NCBI GenBank assembly: GCA_033763455.1
Contig: JANRKO010000023.1
Coordinates: forward strand, 320,001-384,000
DNA: 64,000 bases
Origin: Polyangiaceae bacterium
GTDB lineage: Bacteria > Myxococcota_A > Polyangia > Polyangiales > Polyangiaceae
Direction of reading: 5' to 3'
The notes beneath the pieces were generated by a model, which was given only the letters and a program-made list of their open reading frames with translations, was not told the origin of the DNA and ran no database searches. A program made the position numbers and the translations under genes. The stretch's first letter is position 1, and every line of letters begins with the position of its first letter. Of the stretch, positions 60,132-64,000 are shown piece after piece.

Positions 60132-61250
60132 CTATAATTCTGGGCTCCGTCGCCCACGTACCGCCTTCAGTGCATCGCTGAGCTCGCTCCCCACACGAAG
60201 GCACGGGTAGCAATCATCCTTGCGCTTTGGCCCGCAACCAAACTTGCGCTGGAGTAGAGCCAACAGATGAAGACTTCTACGATCACCCACCTCGATGGCG
60301 CGTGGCAGGATCGCGTGATTTTCTTCACAACTTTCAGCGGCTCGGAGATCGAGAGCAACCCGCAGTGCTGGCGAGGCCTTGGGTAGCACCTCCTTCCCGT
60401 ATAGGAGCAGCTGAGCCAGCGTAGTTGCCGAATTCTTCTCCGCGCTGCTCGTCCAAACCTCGTAAAGGAGGTCTGCGGCAACTTGACCAGGAAGTTTGGC
60501 CATCGCGAGCTGTGCAACGCTAGCGGTGGGCTCAGCAGAGGCAAATTGCTTGAAGCGCTTGAGCGGCTGCGCCACGTTCACAAGCTCGGGATTGCGGAGA
60601 AAATCACGCGCCAACGCCTGAGCGGCCGACACTTCTTTAGCTCGGCTCGCCTCCACCAGGGACACTGCTTCGTCGATAGAGAGCTCACGCTTCGGTTTTG
60701 ACAGAAGCGCGGCGAGCGATGCTGTGGGAGCCTGCGTAGACGCCGGGGCCAGCGCTGAGGCAATTGCGGGTTCTCCGGAAACCTCAGGCAGAGCCTGTAG
60801 GGCGTTATTAGCCGGCGCGGACGGAGTACGGACGATGGCTCTCCCCACGCCAAGAGTTCCGAGCACCGCAAATACGACCGCCCCAAGGAGCAGGACCCCA
60901 AGCCGAAGAGTGACCCCGAAGCACGTAACCTCTTGCCCGAACGCCTCACCCAACGGGACTACACGAGGACTCAAGGCAGCGCCCGCCGACTCGGCTTGCC
61001 CCATTCGTCGGGGAGCACCGGGAAGCGGCGCTGCTACAACTAGCGGGCGCGAACTAAACTTGCTTTCCGGAAGCTGGCTAGATGCGGGCTCCTCTACCGC
61101 TACAGATTCACTCTTCGGGCTGGAGGCGACAGCATTCGGAGCTTGAGGCAGCGGGAGATCGGGCTCGAGCGTTACTCCAGGGGGGCTCGACCAACCGTCG
61201 TCCACTATAGTGGCGCGAACGGGTGGGTATTTCCTCGGATCCTCAGCCAT
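60132..61250 (-). CDS. Single-pass membrane protein with Cys-containing C-terminal domain
   Basis: Pro-rich N-terminus, one TM segment, helical C-domain ending GCG...DDCYPCLR. Confidence 0.7.
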   Translation of the reverse strand: MAEDPRKYPPVRATIVDDGWSSPPGVTLEPDLPLPQAPNAVASSPKSESVAVEEPASSQLPESKFSSRPLVVAAPLPGAPRRMGQAESAGAALSPRVVPLGEAFGQEVTCFGVTLRLGVLLLGAVVFAVLGTLGVGRAIVRTPSAPANNALQALPEVSGEPAIASALAPASTQAPTASLAALLSKPKRELSIDEAVSLVEASRAKEVSAAQALARDFLRNPELVNVAQPLKRFKQFASAEPTASVAQLAMAKLPGQVAADLLYEVWTSSAEKNSATTLAQLLLYGKEVLPKASPALRVALDLRAAESCEENHAILPRAIEVGDRRSLHLLALLQRKFGCGPKRKDDCYPCLRVGSELSDALKAVRGRRSPEL

Positions 61251-61301
61251 TCTTCGCCTAAGGGTACCAGGTTATAGGTCCATTGCTGAAGATTTCCGCG
61301 C

Positions 61302-61751
61302 CTAGCCCAGCAGCTCGGGCGTTACGGATTCAGGGCTCGTCAGAATCGCAAGGGCCTCGGGCGGAATACGGCGGAGCTTCTGGCCTGAATCCACGCACGC
61401 AAGGCGCGTCTCGGCGTCGGCAAGAAGCTCCCTCCCCGTTGAACGTTCGGCGAAGAGCCGGTAGCTGAAGCGCGCCTGCACCTTTCCGAGCTCGGCAAGC
61501 TTGGTTTCCACCGTGATTACATCATCAAAACGTGCCGGGCTGCGGTGCCTAATACGTGTTTCAACGACGGCCAGGTGGATCCCCACATCCGTCCAACTAA
61601 GATAGGTGATTCCGCGCCGGCGCAGATACTCGACCCGCGCTGACTCAAGGTAATAGACGTACGACCCGTGGTGAACCACACCCATAAGATCGGTTTCGGC
61701 AAAACGCACGCGCACCCGGTAGACGGTGATGCAATGTTCAGGCAGGTCCAT
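61302..61751 (-). CDS. YbgC/FadM acyl-CoA thioesterase
   Basis: VRFAETDLMGVVHHG.Y..YLE.AR; PARFDD. Confidence 0.92.
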   Translation of the reverse strand: MDLPEHCITVYRVRVRFAETDLMGVVHHGSYVYYLESARVEYLRRRGITYLSWTDVGIHLAVVETRIRHRSPARFDDVITVETKLAELGKVQARFSYRLFAERSTGRELLADAETRLACVDSGQKLRRIPPEALAILTSPESVTPELLG

Positions 61752-61895
61752 GCGGGGATCACCATAAGGAATAGCCGAGAACGCGCCAACCCCCAGCTTT
61801 TGCAGCAGAACGGGAGCACTCCGGCACCCATAAGTGGAGCATTGAGCCGGAGCTAGTTGCCAAGGCGACGGTTCCCGAGCTTGAATACTTGGGCG

Positions 61896-62387
61896 ATGAC
61901 CAGCAAAGAGCCCAAGCGTCTACCGAGCGTAAAAGTCTACGAAGTCGTCGTGGGGGTGGATTATTCGAGCCCCTCAGAGCAAGCGCTCCAAACGGCACTC
62001 GACATGGCGCGTCGACGCAGCGGCTCGCACATCCATGTTGTAGCTATTGCCGAGGGCTACGCTCCTAACATGTCCGAAGATCTTACGGCTGATGCCAAGG
62101 CCGCATTCTTGGCAGAGGCGAAGGCGACGCTTGAGGCTTATGTCGATCAGGAGCTGGCACGACGGCAGAACTTGTTCAATCGCCGAAGCATTTTCACTAT
62201 TGTAGATTTTGGTGACCCCGCAGATCGGCTCGTTGAGATCGCCAAAGAGGTGGGTGCAAACTTGATCGTTGTGGGCACACACGGAAAGGGCGCTGTCGAG
62301 CAGATGCTGCTCGGGTCCGTGAGCCAGAAAGTGCTGCGGCACGCTCCGTGCTCCGTGCTCGTGGTTCGCGCCGAGCCTGAAGCCTAA
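61896..62387 (+). CDS. Universal stress protein
   Basis: VVGVDYS, GDP, LIVVGTHG...LGSVSQKVLRHAPCSVLVV. Confidence 0.93.
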   Translation: MTSKEPKRLPSVKVYEVVVGVDYSSPSEQALQTALDMARRRSGSHIHVVAIAEGYAPNMSEDLTADAKAAFLAEAKATLEAYVDQELARRQNLFNRRSIFTIVDFGDPADRLVEIAKEVGANLIVVGTHGKGAVEQMLLGSVSQKVLRHAPCSVLVVRAEPEA

Positions 62388-62495
62388 AGGCCTGCCCGGC
62401 CGGGGTAACGCCCGCCCCAGGGCCAGGATCGGGACATTTTAGCCTTTTTCGAGAGCGTTCCCCGCGGCGCGACTTAGGTGTTATCGTGGAGTGCT

Positions 62496-62879
62496 TTGAC
62501 TGAGTCACCCACCAAACGCCCGGTGCGCGACGAAACGACCAACATGTTTGGTGTGCGCATCCGGGATCCGCTCGACAGAGCGACCAAGCCGAGCTGGTTG
62601 GAGCAACGGCAGGGCCCAGGTGCTCCGGCGCAGTATTTCTTGGAAAAGCCAGAGCTGGTGGTTGGGCGTTCGAGCGAAGCCCAACTCACGATTGAAAGCG
62701 CGCTGATTTCACGGCGGCACCTGCTCATCCAGAAAAATGGACCAGAAGTCACGTGCACGGATCTGGATAGTTCCAATGGCGTGTACTTAAACGGCGTAAA
62801 GATCCACTCTGCCCTTCTGCACGAAGGGGACACCTTGCAAATTGGGGATGTTGTCTTTCTGTTTCATGAGGGCAAGTAA
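62496..62879 (+). CDS. FHA domain protein
   Basis: VGR, ISRRH, DLDSSNG, LHEGD; start uncertain. Confidence 0.9.
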   Translation: MTESPTKRPVRDETTNMFGVRIRDPLDRATKPSWLEQRQGPGAPAQYFLEKPELVVGRSSEAQLTIESALISRRHLLIQKNGPEVTCTDLDSSNGVYLNGVKIHSALLHEGDTLQIGDVVFLFHEGK

Positions 62880-63757
62880 TGTCACTCTTTGTGCGTTTCT
62901 GGGGCACCCGCGGCTCGATCCCTACGCCGGGCTTCAAAACCAAACGCTACGGGGGCAACACCTCCTGCGTTGAAATCCGCAACGACACTTCGGTGTTTAT
63001 CTGTGATGGCGGAACTGGGATCCGCGAACTTGGGCTTGATCTATTGCGACGCACCACCCCTCCCCCATTGCACCTATTTTTCAGCCACATGCACTGGGAT
63101 CATATTCAGGGGTTTCCGTTCTTCGTGCCTGCCTATGGGGAACAGAATGTACTGTCGGTGTATGAAATCGCGCCCGGACAAACGCGTATTCGTGAGCTTC
63201 TAACAGGACAGATGCGCTCCGAGTACTTTCCAGTCACGTTCTCGGACCTAGGCGCCAGGATCCAGTCCGGCTTTCTCGAACATGCGGGGAAGCTGATCGA
63301 TGGAGTCAGCGTGCGCTGCATGGCCCAACACCATCCGGGAACATCCTACGCATACAGTTTCGAGGCGGAAGGAAAGAAAGTCGTGTATTCGACAGACAAC
63401 GAGCTCGACCTGTTGCTTGCCGACCCGGTGCTGGCTCTCGACCAACTCGAACCCTTGCGCTTGCTACCGATCGATTTTGTTAACTTCGTGCGTGGTGCAG
63501 ATCTGCTCATCGCCGACGGCCAATATACGGACGATGAATATCCGAAGCGCATTGGTTGGGGCCACGCGCGCACGAACACCGTTGTCGATCTCGCCGTGCA
63601 GGCTGAGGTGAAGCAGTGCGCAATATTTCACCACGACCCGATGCAGACGGACGACGACGTGGATAGAAAACTGGATCGCGCTCAAGAGCGCGCTCGGCGC
63701 CACGGCAGCAACGTATTGCTCTTCGGTGCCCGAGAAGGCATGGAGCTTCGGATTTAA
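62879..63757 (+). CDS. MBL-fold metallo-hydrolase (RNase Z/phosphodiesterase-like)
   Basis: GTRGSIP, GGNTSC, SHMHWDHIQG, TDNE, GWGH, FHHDP. Confidence 0.9.
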   Translation: MSLFVRFWGTRGSIPTPGFKTKRYGGNTSCVEIRNDTSVFICDGGTGIRELGLDLLRRTTPPPLHLFFSHMHWDHIQGFPFFVPAYGEQNVLSVYEIAPGQTRIRELLTGQMRSEYFPVTFSDLGARIQSGFLEHAGKLIDGVSVRCMAQHHPGTSYAYSFEAEGKKVVYSTDNELDLLLADPVLALDQLEPLRLLPIDFVNFVRGADLLIADGQYTDDEYPKRIGWGHARTNTVVDLAVQAEVKQCAIFHHDPMQTDDDVDRKLDRAQERARRHGSNVLLFGAREGMELRI

Positions 63758-63776
63758 GAAACTCGCGAAGCTTTGA

Positions 63777-64000
63777 CTACTTGAGGCCAAGCAACTCACT
63801 CACACGTTGGATAGCCGCGGCATCCTGCCCCCCCGATGCCACTACATCCGGTGAGCTTGGAGGCTCGTATTCCAAGTCAGCTCCCGGCATTGCCCTCACC
63901 TTGCCTGCTCGCACTCCGCCATAAAGGCCTTTCGCATCGCGTTCTTGCGCGACAGCCTGCGGCACATCAATGTGCACTTCAACGTAACGCTTAGCCAAAG
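63777..64000 (-). CDS. C-terminal part of a hypothetical protein, truncated by the window edge
   Basis: Open frame running in from the window end to the stop at 63777. Confidence 0.45.
   Translation of the reverse strand, partial: LAKRYVEVHIDVPQAVAQERDAKGLYGGVRAGKVRAMPGADLEYEPPSSPDVVASGGQDAAAIQRVSELLGLK

Overview
This window looks like chromosomal DNA from a myxobacterium (Myxococcota, probably Polyangiaceae/Sorangiineae). The basis is the many Gly-rich-linker and Cys-rich lipoproteins, a Ser/Thr kinase-TPR/PEGA cassette, an ECF-FecR/TPR cassette, an AgmX/PglI-type TonB_C protein and DUF1552. GC content appears to be about 60% by eye (not computed). About 50 CDSs and one tRNA-Arg(CCT) can be supported. 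Housekeeping and metabolic genes include ppnP, fbaA, an ABC-F ATPase, prlC, galT, hflX, xfp-ackA, tyrS and yaeQ. A ~6 kb accessory islet follows the tRNA (13807-19810). It carries an FGE-domain lipoprotein and three toxin-antitoxin/defence-like pairs: HipA-like kinase + DUF3037, Xis-like HTH + PIN, and VapB + a frameshifted VapC. The most notable observations are: (1) a single ORF fusing a DTW (TapT-like acp3U) domain to a TruC-like pseudouridine synthase; (2) a galT-IMPase-kinase operon whose kinase resembles plant L-arabinokinase ARA1; (3) the HipA-like/DUF3037 pair; (4) two envelope-signalling cassettes with non-canonical partners; (5) a TyrRS with a TVGN 'HIGH' motif. All family calls come from motif recognition by eye and memory; no searches were run. 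No CRISPR array, rRNA, integrase or transposase was seen.
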